Shown here: positions 39,867-48,825 of the stretch, in pieces
Position numbering within the stretch: position 1 is the stretch's first letter
How the letters are laid out: every line of letters begins with the position of its first letter
From: an uncultured Olsenella sp.
Lineage (GTDB): Bacteria; Actinomycetota; Coriobacteriia; Coriobacteriales; Atopobiaceae
Assembly (NCBI GenBank): GCA_934660915.1
Contig: CAKUIF010000001.1
Location: forward strand, 192,319 to 256,318
DNA: 64,000 nt
Direction of reading: 5' to 3'
Made by a program: the position numbers and the translations under genes
Notes under the pieces: model-generated
What the model was told of the DNA's origin: nothing
What the model saw: the letters and a program-made list of their open reading frames with translations, nothing else
Database searches by the model: none

Positions 39867-41650
39867 GCGCAAAGAACACCGCCGCCGCGCCTGCCGCGGC
39901 TGGAAAGAAGCACCAGGACGACCAGACCATCCGCCGTATGCTCGGGCTCTTTGCGGGCAGGCGCGCCATGCTTTGCGCCCTCATAGCCCTCGTCGTCGTG
40001 GTCACCGTGGGCACCCTCACCCTGCCCACGCTCACAGGCGGGGCCGTCGACTGCATGGTGGGCGCGGGAGCCGTCGACTTCACGGCCTTGGCCGACGTCG
40101 CCCGCCTCATGGCGCTCACCGTCTGCGTGACCGCCGCCGCCCAGTACGCGCTCGCGCTCGTGACCAACCGCCTCGCCTACGACGCGGCATTCGACCTGCG
40201 TTGCCAGGCCTTCGACCACCTCCAGCGCATGCCGCTGTCCTACATCGACTCCCACGAGCACGGCGAGGTCGCGAGTCGCATCGTCAACGACGCCGACCAG
40301 CTCACCAACGGCTTCGTCATGGGTTTCCAGCAGCTCCCTACCGGCGTCTTGACCATCGTTGTCACGCTCGTGTTCATGTTCCGCCTGAACCCGCTGATCG
40401 CCGGCGTGGTTACCGTGCTCACGCCCTTCTCGGTCTGGATGGCAAAGTTCATCTCGAGTCACGCGAGCAAGCATTTCGCGGGCCAGACCCAGCTGCGCGG
40501 CGAGCTCACGGGCCTCGTCGAGGAGATGATCGGCGGCGTGGGCACCATCGAGGCGTTCGGCGTCGCCGACGAGGTCTGCGGCCGCGTGCGTGACATCGAC
40601 GCCCGCCTCGCGCAGGAGAGCTACAAGGCGGTGTTCTTCTCGTCGCTCGCCAACCCGACCATGCGCTTCATGAACTCGCTCGTCTACGCCGCCATCGGCA
40701 TCTTCGGCGCGTTCGTCGTGCTCGGCGGCGGCATCACCGTGGGCGGCCTCTCCGCCTTCCTCCAGTACGCCGACCAGTACGCCAAGCCGTTCAACGACAT
40801 CACCGGCGTGGTCACGGAGCTGCAGAACTCCGTCGCCTGCGCGCGCCACCTCTTTGAGCTCATCGACGAGCCGCTCGAGGAGCCCGACGCCGAGGGCGCC
40901 CTCGAGCTCGGCCGCGTCGAGGGCAAAGTCGCGCTCGACGACGTGACCTTCTCGTACGCGCCCGGCCGCCCGATCCTGGAGCACCTCGACCTTTCCGCCG
41001 AGCCCGGGCGCCGCATCGCGCTCGTCGGCCACACCGGCTGCGGAAAAACCACCCTCATCAACCTGCTCATGCGCTTCTACGACGTCGACTCCGGCAGCGT
41101 GACGGTGGACGGCCACGACGTGCGCGGCATCACGCGCGCGAGCCTGCGCGGCAGCTGGGGCATGGTCTTGCAGGACACCTGGGTAAGGCGCGCGACGGTG
41201 CGCGAGAACATCGCCATCGGCCGTCCCGACGCCACCGACGACGAGATCGTCGCCGCCGCCAAGGCAGCCTACGCCGACGAGTTCATCCGCCGCATGCCCC
41301 GCGGCTACGACACCGTGCTCGACGGCTCCACGAGTCTGTCCGCCGGCCAAAAGCAGCTGCTGTGCATCGCCCGCGTGATGGTCGCCCGTCCGCAGATGCT
41401 CATCCTCGACGAGGCCACGAGCAACATCGACACGCGCACCGAGCTCCTCGTCCAACGCGCCTTCGACAACCTCATGCACGGCCGCACGAGCTTCGTCGTG
41501 GCGCACCGCCTCTCGACCATCCGCGACGCCGACGCGATCTGCGTCGTCGATCACGGCCGCATTGCCGAGAAGGGCACGCACGAGGAGCTGCTCGCCCGTG
41601 GCGGGATCTACCGCGACATCTACGAGAGCCAGTTCGCGCCGGCGGAGTAG
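39863..41650 (+). CDS. ABC transporter permease/ATP-binding protein (heterodimer partner)
   Basis: ATGA overlap with the previous gene. GHTGCGKTT Walker A, LSAGQKQLL signature, ILILDEATSNID Walker B. Confidence 0.8.
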   Translation: MSAKNTAAAPAAAGKKHQDDQTIRRMLGLFAGRRAMLCALIALVVVVTVGTLTLPTLTGGAVDCMVGAGAVDFTALADVARLMALTVCVTAAAQYALALVTNRLAYDAAFDLRCQAFDHLQRMPLSYIDSHEHGEVASRIVNDADQLTNGFVMGFQQLPTGVLTIVVTLVFMFRLNPLIAGVVTVLTPFSVWMAKFISSHASKHFAGQTQLRGELTGLVEEMIGGVGTIEAFGVADEVCGRVRDIDARLAQESYKAVFFSSLANPTMRFMNSLVYAAIGIFGAFVVLGGGITVGGLSAFLQYADQYAKPFNDITGVVTELQNSVACARHLFELIDEPLEEPDAEGALELGRVEGKVALDDVTFSYAPGRPILEHLDLSAEPGRRIALVGHTGCGKTTLINLLMRFYDVDSGSVTVDGHDVRGITRASLRGSWGMVLQDTWVRRATVRENIAIGRPDATDDEIVAAAKAAYADEFIRRMPRGYDTVLDGSTSLSAGQKQLLCIARVMVARPQMLILDEATSNIDTRTELLVQRAFDNLMHGRTSFVVAHRLSTIRDADAICVVDHGRIAEKGTHEELLARGGIYRDIYESQFAPAE

Positions 41651-41705
41651 CGGAAGGCACTTCTTTGCAAACGCGGCGCGGAGCGCTCTTTCCCCCGCCG
41701 TCACA

Positions 41706-41781
41706 GCGCAAGCTCCCTCCTGTTTCGACCATTTTTACCCGGAAATGGGGCCGCAAATGGGTCAAACAGGAGGGAGCTTGT
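41706..41781. terminator. Bidirectional hairpin (20-bp arms AGCTCCCTCCTGTTTCGACC / GGTCAAACAGGAGGGAGCTT) between convergent genes
   Basis: Read directly. 32-nt loop. Confidence 0.5.
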
Positions 41782-41844
41782 TGATTGCCGGGCTCGGGGA
41801 TTCCAGCGTCTGGCAAGAAGGACCCTGCCGGCGCTTCCCGCCCG

Positions 41845-43272
41845 CTACTTGCCGCCGGCGTCCTTCTTTGCCGCGGCGGCTTTGCCAGCGGCGATCTTTG
41901 CCTCGATGTCCACCTTCGGGACGGGCGCCGAGGACTTGACGACGGTCTTCGCGCCGCGCGTCGTCACGGTGGCGCCGGCGACGGCGGGCGCGGCGGGCTT
42001 CTTTCTAGCCTTGGGCTTGACGGTCACGCCGCCCCTGGGCGCGCGGGCCCCGCCCTTGGCAGCAGAGCCGGCCGTGAAGGAGCCCGTGTCGATGAAGGAG
42101 CGGATGCCGCCGGTAAAGCCGTCCCAGAAGCCGTGCCAACGGTGGTAGATCGAGGTGCCGCCGTTGGAGCGCATGCCCATGCACGGCGCGGCGATGAGGA
42201 CCGGCAGCAGGTACTCGATGGCTCGCCAGATGATGAAGCCGGCGGCGAGGTGGCTGCCGTACATGTCCTTGAAGAGGTACGCGAAGCCGACCTCGGCGCC
42301 GCCCGTGCCGCCCGGCAGCGGCACTGCGTTGACCAGCAGCTCAAGCATGGAGCCCGACGCCGTGCACAGCAGAAGGTCCGCCGGCTCGCCGAACGAGCGC
42401 AGCACGAAGTACGGCAGCGCGTACATGCAACCGAGCTGGAGCAGGGTGACCACCATGGTCAGGCACATCTCGAGCACGTTGGCGGCAGAGCTCTTGAAGT
42501 CGCGCGAGAAGACCTCAATCTGCGTGTTCACGAACTTATACCACTCGTTGTACTTCTCCTCCTTGATCCAACGGTGGCGGTGCGCCAGCTTGAGCGCCCA
42601 GTTGCAAATGGCCATGACGGGCTTGGGCAGCAGGCACATGGCCATGATGGCCGCGAGCTGCACGACCTTGAAGCCAAAGAGGAAGATGCCGATGAGGGTC
42701 ACGTCGCCGAACGTCTCGTAGAAGTAGCCGCCGCAAAAGAGCAGCATGATGGCGGCGAATACGCCCTCGCCGGCCTCGTAGAGCACGAAGCGGGTGAAGT
42801 TCAGGGCGCCCGCCTCGCCCACCGAGAGCCCGGCGCGCGTGAGGCGGAAGATCTGGGCCGGCTGCGCGCCCACGCCGGAGGGCGTCATGCGCATGAAAAA
42901 GACGCCGGAGGCCTCGACGCTCATGAGGTCGCGGATACCCACGGGCGAGTCGGGGTCGTGGATAACCGACAGCACGTAGGCGAGGACGCCAAAGACGTAG
43001 TAGAAGAGGAAGCAGACGACGCCCGCGACAATCCACCTGACGTCGACGCCGGCGAGCGACGTCACGAACTCGTCAACCTGCCCGGTAAAGACCAGGTAGA
43101 CCGCATAGGCGATCATCACAAAGAAGAGGAAGACGAGGGTCTTGCGGGCCTGGCCCATCGACTCCTTATCGGCCTCGTCGCCCTCCATGATCGAGATCTT
43201 CTTCTTGGTCGTCTTTCCGCCGGCGACCTTGAGGGCGACCTTCTTCTTTGGCTTCTTGAGCTCGTCTGCCAC
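41845..43272 (-). CDS. UPF0104 / lysylphosphatidylglycerol-synthase-TM-domain family membrane protein with Lys/Ala-rich termini
   Basis: 475 aa, multi-TM. N-terminal KKPKKKVALKVAGGKTTKKK. Flippase-like / LPG synthase TM-region-like core. Confidence 0.65.
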   Translation of the reverse strand: MADELKKPKKKVALKVAGGKTTKKKISIMEGDEADKESMGQARKTLVFLFFVMIAYAVYLVFTGQVDEFVTSLAGVDVRWIVAGVVCFLFYYVFGVLAYVLSVIHDPDSPVGIRDLMSVEASGVFFMRMTPSGVGAQPAQIFRLTRAGLSVGEAGALNFTRFVLYEAGEGVFAAIMLLFCGGYFYETFGDVTLIGIFLFGFKVVQLAAIMAMCLLPKPVMAICNWALKLAHRHRWIKEEKYNEWYKFVNTQIEVFSRDFKSSAANVLEMCLTMVVTLLQLGCMYALPYFVLRSFGEPADLLLCTASGSMLELLVNAVPLPGGTGGAEVGFAYLFKDMYGSHLAAGFIIWRAIEYLLPVLIAAPCMGMRSNGGTSIYHRWHGFWDGFTGGIRSFIDTGSFTAGSAAKGGARAPRGGVTVKPKARKKPAAPAVAGATVTTRGAKTVVKSSAPVPKVDIEAKIAAGKAAAAKKDAGGK

Positions 43273-43371
43273 GCGATGCCCCTCTGTTGCGGTTACGGTA
43301 CGAATCTAGCCATGACATTCTATTCTACCCCAGCGGGATAGGGGCCCAACAAAGCGCGCGCCTCCCGGCGG

Positions 43372-43442
43372 CGATTAGCAACGAAAACCGGTGCAAAACG
43401 CCGCGAAGAAGGGCTTTTGCACCGGTTTCGGTTGCTAATCGA
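43372..43442. repeat. Hairpin repeat family R1 copy 3 (opposite orientation to copies 1-2)
   Basis: GCGATTAGCAACGAAAACCGGTGCAAAACGCCGCGAAGAAGGGCTTTTGCACCGGTTTCGGTTGCTAATCG. Downstream GGCAAGAAG...CTTCTTGCC tail. Confidence 0.85.
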
Positions 43443-43524
43443 TGGATGGGGCGGCAAGAAGCCCTTGGGCGGCTGGCGTGGCGGCACTTCTTGCCAGTCT
43501 TCCTTTATCGACGCTGCTTTGCCG

Positions 43525-44325
43525 CTAGAGATTTCCCGGTTCGAACTCGTCGATATACGCCTCGATAACGGCGGATCCGGCATCCGACGACGACTGCGGG
43601 TAGCTGAACTGGATGCCGTTGACGTAATCGCCACCCACGTACTGCTTGGCGTAGCACTCGGTACCGTCCTCCTCGACCCACGACGCGACGGCCCAGGTGC
43701 TTCCCATGGCTTTGTACGAGACGTCGTGGGCTGAGGCGTACGAGTCGAGCACGGAGGAGGGCGTCTCGCTAAGGGCGTTGGCGCTGCCCCACACGCGGAC
43801 CTCAATGCCGGATGAGGGCTCTCGGAAGGTCACTCCGTCGCCGTTATCGGAAGCGTCGACGAGCTTGTAGCTCGCAGGGAGCGCGACCTTGTAGCCGTAG
43901 CGATCGTTCATATATGTAAGCTTTCCGGAGGCAACGGTCACGTCGCTTTGCGCGGCAAAGAGCGCGTCGTCTTGGTCGAAGCCGGGTTCTTGGGCGGCAT
44001 CGCCCGAGCCAGAGACCGCGCCCGAGCCGTTCGCCTCCGCCGTTGCCGTATCCTGGGCTGTGCCCGCACCGGACCCGGCCTGCGATTGCGCGGGCTGCGA
44101 CTGTGAAGGCAGCGTCGAGCTAAGGCATATGAAGGCGAAGGCGCCGACTGCCATGACCACGAGGGCGCCTGCGACCACGGCGATTATCTGCACAACGCTC
44201 GGGTGCAGGGGCGTCGAGGACTTTTGTCGGATCTTTCCCGTGGGAAAATCGTCCTGCTGCGCGCCGCACTCCGGGCAGTACTGCGCCCCGTCTTCCAGCT
44301 CGTGCCCGCAGTTCATGCAATACAT
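43525..44325 (-). CDS. Zinc-ribbon (CxxC...CxxC) N-terminal domain membrane protein with Ser/Gln/Ala-rich linker and extracellular domain
   Basis: MYCMNCGHELEDGAQYCPECG then a TM segment (IIAVVAGALVVMAVGAFAFI). Start at internal Met of ORF 43525..44373. Confidence 0.6.
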   Translation of the reverse strand: MYCMNCGHELEDGAQYCPECGAQQDDFPTGKIRQKSSTPLHPSVVQIIAVVAGALVVMAVGAFAFICLSSTLPSQSQPAQSQAGSGAGTAQDTATAEANGSGAVSGSGDAAQEPGFDQDDALFAAQSDVTVASGKLTYMNDRYGYKVALPASYKLVDASDNGDGVTFREPSSGIEVRVWGSANALSETPSSVLDSYASAHDVSYKAMGSTWAVASWVEEDGTECYAKQYVGGDYVNGIQFSYPQSSSDAGSAVIEAYIDEFEPGNL

Positions 44326-44440
44326 GGCCGACTCCGATCCCTTCTTTGCCTGTTCGTTCCAACAGTAGCGCAAACGATTATTGGAGGAGACCCCGCAGAC
44401 AACAACGGCGCCTTATCCGTCATAGTTGGCTTCGCGGGAG

Positions 44441-44510
44441 GATTAGCAACGAAAACCGGTGCAAAGAGCCGCAAAGAAGAGCTTTTGCGCCGGTTTCGGT
44501 TGCTAATCGA
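44441..44510. repeat. Hairpin repeat family R1 copy 4
   Basis: GATTAGCAACGAAAACCGGTGCAAAGAGCCGCAAAGAAGAGCTTTTGCGCCGGTTTCGGTTGCTAATCG. GGCAAGAAG x2 downstream. Confidence 0.85.
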
Positions 44511-44562
44511 TGAGCGGGATGGCAAGAAGGGCCCCGCAAGCGGGCAAGAAGTGCCAGCCCGG

Positions 44563-45630
44563 CTACGGGAGGATAATCCCGCCGCCGAGGCACTCGAGGC
44601 CGTCGTAGACCACGGCCGACTGCCCGGGGGCCACACGGCGCTGCGGCGTATCGAAGCGGACGGTCGCCGAGGCCCCGCCTTGCGCCGCCTCGAGCACGCA
44701 AGGAACGAGTTCTCCCGTGTGCCGCGTGCGGACGACGTACTCCCCCGCCGCCGGCGGCTCGCCCGCGATCCAGCGGCAGTCGCCGAGCGCGAGCTCGTCC
44801 GTGAACAGCGCGGGGCTCATGCGGTCGGCGGTCACGTAGACGGTGTTCGTCTGGACGTCCGTGCGCACGACGTAGCGCGCGGGTCCGCCGCCCAGGTCGA
44901 GCCCGCGGCGCTGCCCCACGGTAAAGAGGAACGCGCCGTCGTGGTGCCCGAGCACGCGCCCGGTCTCGAGCTCCACGACGTCGCCCGCGCGGCGCTCGAG
45001 CGTGTCGAGCAAAAACGTGCGGATGCCCACGGGGCCGATGAAGCAGATCCCGTCGGAGTCGGGCTTTGCCTCCAAGCCGAGGCCGCGCTCCGCGACCATG
45101 CGCCTGACCTCGGTCTTGTTCGGTATGTCGCCGATGGGAAAGAGGGTCTTCGCGAGCACTTCTTTGCCAACGCGCCACAGGAAGTAGGTCTGGTCCTTGT
45201 GCTCGTCGGCGGCACGCAGCAGGCGCGTCCGGCCGTCGGCGTCCGTATCGACGCGCCCGTAGTGGCCCGTGGCCACAAAGTCCGCGCCCGCGGCGAACGC
45301 CTTGTCGGCGAAGGTGCCGAACTTGACGGTCTGGTTGCACATGACGTCGGGGTTCGGCGTGAGGCCGTGGGCGTAGGCGTCGACGAGGTAGTCGACGACG
45401 GTGGCCTTGTACTCGGCCTCGCAGTCCCAGACCTCGAGGTCGATGCCCAGGCTCACCGCGACGCGCTCGGCGTCCGCAAGGTCGTCGGCCCAAGCGCACT
45501 TGAAGCCCGGCAGGTCGCGCGACCAGTTGCGCATATAGACCGCCGTCACGTCATGGCCCGCCTCGCACAGAAGCGCGCACGCGAGCGCGGAGTCGACGCC
45601 GCCGGATAATCCGGCGTACACCTTGGCCAT
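44563..45630 (-). CDS. mnmA: tRNA-specific 2-thiouridylase MnmA
   Basis: MAKVYAGLSGGVDSA PP-loop. 355 aa. Confidence 0.85.
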   Translation of the reverse strand: MAKVYAGLSGGVDSALACALLCEAGHDVTAVYMRNWSRDLPGFKCAWADDLADAERVAVSLGIDLEVWDCEAEYKATVVDYLVDAYAHGLTPNPDVMCNQTVKFGTFADKAFAAGADFVATGHYGRVDTDADGRTRLLRAADEHKDQTYFLWRVGKEVLAKTLFPIGDIPNKTEVRRMVAERGLGLEAKPDSDGICFIGPVGIRTFLLDTLERRAGDVVELETGRVLGHHDGAFLFTVGQRRGLDLGGGPARYVVRTDVQTNTVYVTADRMSPALFTDELALGDCRWIAGEPPAAGEYVVRTRHTGELVPCVLEAAQGGASATVRFDTPQRRVAPGQSAVVYDGLECLGGGIILP

Positions 45631-46919
45631 CAGGCCTCGCCCCCCTTCGGGTCGGCTGAGTCAGACAGGTCGTTTTGGCTTGCCAAATCAGACAGGCTGA
45701 ATTGACAGGCAGCGAGGCCAACGCGGACTGCCTCGGCGCGGACGGAGCGGACGATGGCGGCCGCGGCGTAGTCGACGTCCTCCTCGGTCGTCTGTCGCCC
45801 GAGCGTGAGGCGCAGGCTGCCCGCGGCGACCTCGGCCGGGGCGCCCATGGCGGCGAGCACGTGGGAAGAGCGCATCTTGCTCGCGGCGCACGCCGAGCCC
45901 GTGCCCACGCTCACGCCCTCGCGCTCGAGCGCGATCACGAGCCGCCTGGCCTCGAGCCCCGGGAAGCTCACGTGAAGAAGCCCGGGAAGCCGCAGCTTCG
46001 CTGCGCGCGGGCCGGACACGACAGCCCAGTCGAACTCTGCGCACACCGCGCGCTGCAGCCGGTCGCGAAGCCCCGCGAGGCGGCGCGCCTCCGCCTGACG
46101 ACGCGCGCCCGCGAGCTCGAGTGCCTTCGCGAACCCGACGACGCCGGCGACGTTCTCGGTGCCCGAGCGAACGCCGCCCTCCTGCCCGCCGCCGAGCACG
46201 AGCGGCCGCAGCGCCACGTCGTCGGAGGCCCACAGCAGGCCGACCTGCTTGGGCCCGTAAATCTTCGCCGCCGAGATGGTAAGAAGGTCGCACCCCAGCG
46301 TGCCGACGTTGACGGCGAGGGCGCCCGCGGCCTGCGACGCGTCGGTGTGCAGCCAGATCGGGGCCGTCTCCCCCGCCGCCAGGCGGCGCTCGCGCTCCGC
46401 GGCGACCACACGCGCAATCTCGCGCACGGGCTGTACGGCCCCCACCTCGCCGTTGGCGAGCTCGACCGAGACGAGCCTCGTCGCAGGCGTGATGGCCGCC
46501 GCCACGTCGGCCGCGCGCACGCGCCCGTCCGCACCGACGCCCACGACCGCGCACCCGCCGCCCACAGCCGCGGCGCACGCGAGCACGCTCTCGTGCTCGG
46601 CCGCGTCGATGACCACGTGGGCCCCGTCTCCCGCCGCCGCGAAGGCCAGGTTGTTCGCCTCGGTGGCGCCGGCCGTGAAGGTCACGTTGCCGGGACGCGC
46701 GCCGATTACGTGCGCGACGGCCGCGCGGGCGGCATCGACGTCCGCACGCACGGCGCGGGCGGCGGCGTACGGCGCGCTCGGGTTCTCGAACTTCTCGCTG
46801 AAATACGGGAGCATCGCCGCGACGACCTCGGGATCCATGGGCGTCGCGGCGGCATAGTCCAGGTATACGGAGCGGCGGGCGCACCCCTGCCCCGCGCCCC
46901 ACTCGGAATGATTCGTCAC
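45630..46919 (-). CDS. Cysteine desulfurase (NifS/IscS family, PLP-dependent)
   Basis: GTG start at 46919 (GAGGGA RBS). VYLDYAAATP N-terminus. PLP Lys in SAAKIYGPKQVG. ATGA overlap with mnmA. C-terminal ~28 aa are encoded by an R2 repeat (see findings). Confidence 0.78.
   Translation of the reverse strand: MTNHSEWGAGQGCARRSVYLDYAAATPMDPEVVAAMLPYFSEKFENPSAPYAAARAVRADVDAARAAVAHVIGARPGNVTFTAGATEANNLAFAAAGDGAHVVIDAAEHESVLACAAAVGGGCAVVGVGADGRVRAADVAAAITPATRLVSVELANGEVGAVQPVREIARVVAAERERRLAAGETAPIWLHTDASQAAGALAVNVGTLGCDLLTISAAKIYGPKQVGLLWASDDVALRPLVLGGGQEGGVRSGTENVAGVVGFAKALELAGARRQAEARRLAGLRDRLQRAVCAEFDWAVVSGPRAAKLRLPGLLHVSFPGLEARRLVIALEREGVSVGTGSACAASKMRSSHVLAAMGAPAEVAAGSLRLTLGRQTTEEDVDYAAAAIVRSVRAEAVRVGLAACQFSLSDLASQNDLSDSADPKGGEA
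45655..45720. repeat. R2-family tandem CAGACAGG repeats embedded in the cysteine desulfurase 3' end
   Basis: GAGTCAGACAGGTCGTTTTGGCTTGCCAAATCAGACAGGCTGAATTGACAGGCAG. Shares a 17-mer with 22577-22593. Confidence 0.5.
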
Positions 46920-47827
46920 TTGGGGTCCCTCGCGTCGCCTATCTTCAGGTTCTCGAACCGGCCGGCTATGAAATCGTCGGTGTAGTTCGTGTCCACCCAC
47001 CGCTCGAAGGCGTTCGCGGGCGGCACGCCGAGGTCGCGCGCGGTCTTTCGGTTGAAGCACACGAGCGTCATGCCGATGTCCGCCACCAGGTACACCGCCA
47101 CCAGCGTCACAAAGAGAACCTGCCGGCGCGAGGTGGGCATACCGATCTGGTAGAGCAGCTTGGGCATGATGACCCGCGTCCACACGATGCCGAGCAAACC
47201 CCAGAAAAAGAGGAACCGCCACGCCACCCACTGCGTGATGTGGTCCGGCAGGTGCAGGTACGTCCACGACTCGGCGTTGAAGAGCACTTCCATGGCCCAG
47301 CCGGTGACCTGCTCGAGGCCGCCGCCGATTGCCGCGGAGATGAGGAAAATCTGCCACGTCTTTGCCCCGTGTCGGCGCATCTGGAAGCACAGCACAGTAA
47401 GAAGGACCGCGCCCGTGCCGTACAACGGGCTGAAGGGCCCCCACACCAGGCCGACGCGGTTCTCGGTGAGGCCTGCGGTCACGAGCATCCAGATCTCCTC
47501 GAGCAAAAGCCCCGCCATGCAGCCGACGAAGAAGATGATGATGACCTGGTACCAACTGAGATTCATGTTGTCGAGATACTCGTCGACGGCATCGTTGGTG
47601 GCCTGCCAGCGGGCGAACACGCGGGCCAGGCCACGCTTCCGGCTCGCGCGCGCCATCTCGCGCTCGAGCGCGTCGTCGGACTCGACCATCGCGCGCACGG
47701 CGGGCTCGAGGCTCTCCTCGTCAATGCTTTGGCCGCGCTGCAGCCACTCGGAGAAGTAGACGATCACTCGCACGAAGCCGCGCACGATCTCGATGAAAAA
47801 GACAAGCAGCAGAAGGGTATAGAGCAT
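46916..47827 (-). CDS. Polytopic membrane protein of unknown function
   Basis: 303 aa, ~6 TM. 4-nt overlap with the desulfurase start. Confidence 0.55.
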   Translation of the reverse strand: MLYTLLLLVFFIEIVRGFVRVIVYFSEWLQRGQSIDEESLEPAVRAMVESDDALEREMARASRKRGLARVFARWQATNDAVDEYLDNMNLSWYQVIIIFFVGCMAGLLLEEIWMLVTAGLTENRVGLVWGPFSPLYGTGAVLLTVLCFQMRRHGAKTWQIFLISAAIGGGLEQVTGWAMEVLFNAESWTYLHLPDHITQWVAWRFLFFWGLLGIVWTRVIMPKLLYQIGMPTSRRQVLFVTLVAVYLVADIGMTLVCFNRKTARDLGVPPANAFERWVDTNYTDDFIAGRFENLKIGDARDPK

Positions 47828-47927
47828 AGGCTCGGCTCCAACCGACGCGTTTTGCGGACATGCCTATGGTAGCGCAGGCAGCGCCGTGGCACGAAAAAGG
47901 GCACCCCGAAGGGTGCCCGTCATTTCC

Positions 47928-48001
47928 TGGAGGCGAAGCCCGGATTCGAACCGGGGGTGAGGGCTTTGCAGGCCCCTGCCTTACCACTTGGCCACTTCGC
48001 C
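47928..48001 (-). tRNA. tRNA-Cys (GCA)
   Basis: GGCGAAGTGGCCAAGTGGTAAGGCAGGGGCCTGCAAAGCCC...CTTCGCCTCCA. Cloverleaf and anticodon-loop CCTGCAAAG read by hand. CCA encoded. Confidence 0.85.
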
Positions 48002-48040
48002 ATATGAAAGAGGCCGGAGTGACCGGCCTCGGTGCTCACA

Positions 48041-48116
48041 TGGAGCGGGCTACGGGGTTCGAACCCGCGACCTCCACCTTGGCAAGGTGGCGCGCTACCA
48101 ACTGCGCTAAGCCCGC
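48041..48116 (-). tRNA. tRNA-Gly (GCC), copy 1
   Basis: GCGGGCTTAGCGCAGTTGGTAGCGCGCCACCTTGCCAAGGTGGAGGTCGCGGGTTCGAACCCCGTAGCCCGCTCCA. Confidence 0.85.
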
Positions 48117-48269
48117 AAGCGCAAGGGATAATATACGGGAAGCTTCAGCCTTGCGCAAGCCCAAATTTCAAATTCGTTGGAAAAAAATTTGGGGAGCTGA
48201 GCTTCACACGGAACGGAGCACGGCCGATCTGCACGAAATTGCAGCTTGGGGCCTATATCTATCCGCATC

Positions 48270-48478
48270 ACAGTGTTCACGCTTGACGTCGAGCCCACAT
48301 CCCACCCTTCCGCAGTGTCCATGCTTGGAGCAGAGCCCATCTCTCCCCGTCCCGCAGTGTTCCAGAGCACTGCGACGGATACCAATGTGGGCTCCGGGCA
48401 ACTTCTCAACACTATACCGCGGGGAGATGTGGGCTCCAGCAGAGCGGGAAACACTGCGGCTTCGGTAAACCTGGGCTC
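48270..48478. repeat. Degenerate ~28-bp repeat array between the two tRNA-Gly genes: 2 forward units (GAGCCCA..TC.C.CC...CCGCAGTGTT) then 3 inverted units (AACACTGCG...GTGGGCTC)
   Basis: Read directly. Same forward-then-inverted architecture as the 29481-29750 array, but a different sequence. Confidence 0.75.
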
Positions 48479-48526
48479 GCGGCGATCGCCCGCCCTTGGC
48501 AAGAAGCGCGCACACGCCCATGCGCA

Positions 48527-48562
48527 ATTAAAAAAGCGGTCGACCCGAAGGTCGACCGCCTG
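48527..48562 (-). terminator. Rho-independent terminator downstream of tRNA-Gly copy 2
   Basis: Minus strand: GGTCGACC-TTCG-GGTCGACCGC then TTTTTTAATTG. Confidence 0.6.
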
Positions 48563-48569
48563 CAATTCA

Positions 48570-48645
48570 TGGAGCGGGCTACGGGGTTCGAACCCGCGAC
48601 CTCCACCTTGGCAAGGTGGCGCGCTACCAACTGCGCTAAGCCCGC
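48570..48645 (-). tRNA. tRNA-Gly (GCC), copy 2 (identical to copy 1)
   Basis: Identical 76-nt sequence to 48041-48116. Confidence 0.85.
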
Positions 48646-48825
48646 GTGACGCAAGAAGAAACTATACACGACCATCCAAAGGCGCGCAAGAACTTTTTTT
48701 CGACTTTCTTTGACGAGGGCGCAATACGACAATGAGCACACGTTGCCGCCTTTCCTACGAGTAGGATAGCGGCACCGGCATGTGAGCCAACCGCTCGTCA
48801 ATCGCCATGCTTTGGAGGCCGCACA

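Noticed and set aside
45630-47555. 641-aa ORF treated as one gene
   Set aside because: The reading frame upstream of GTG 46919 runs through the RBS and the separate membrane-protein gene (46916-47827, different frame). The cysteine desulfurase N-terminus (VYLDYAAATP) begins right after 46919.
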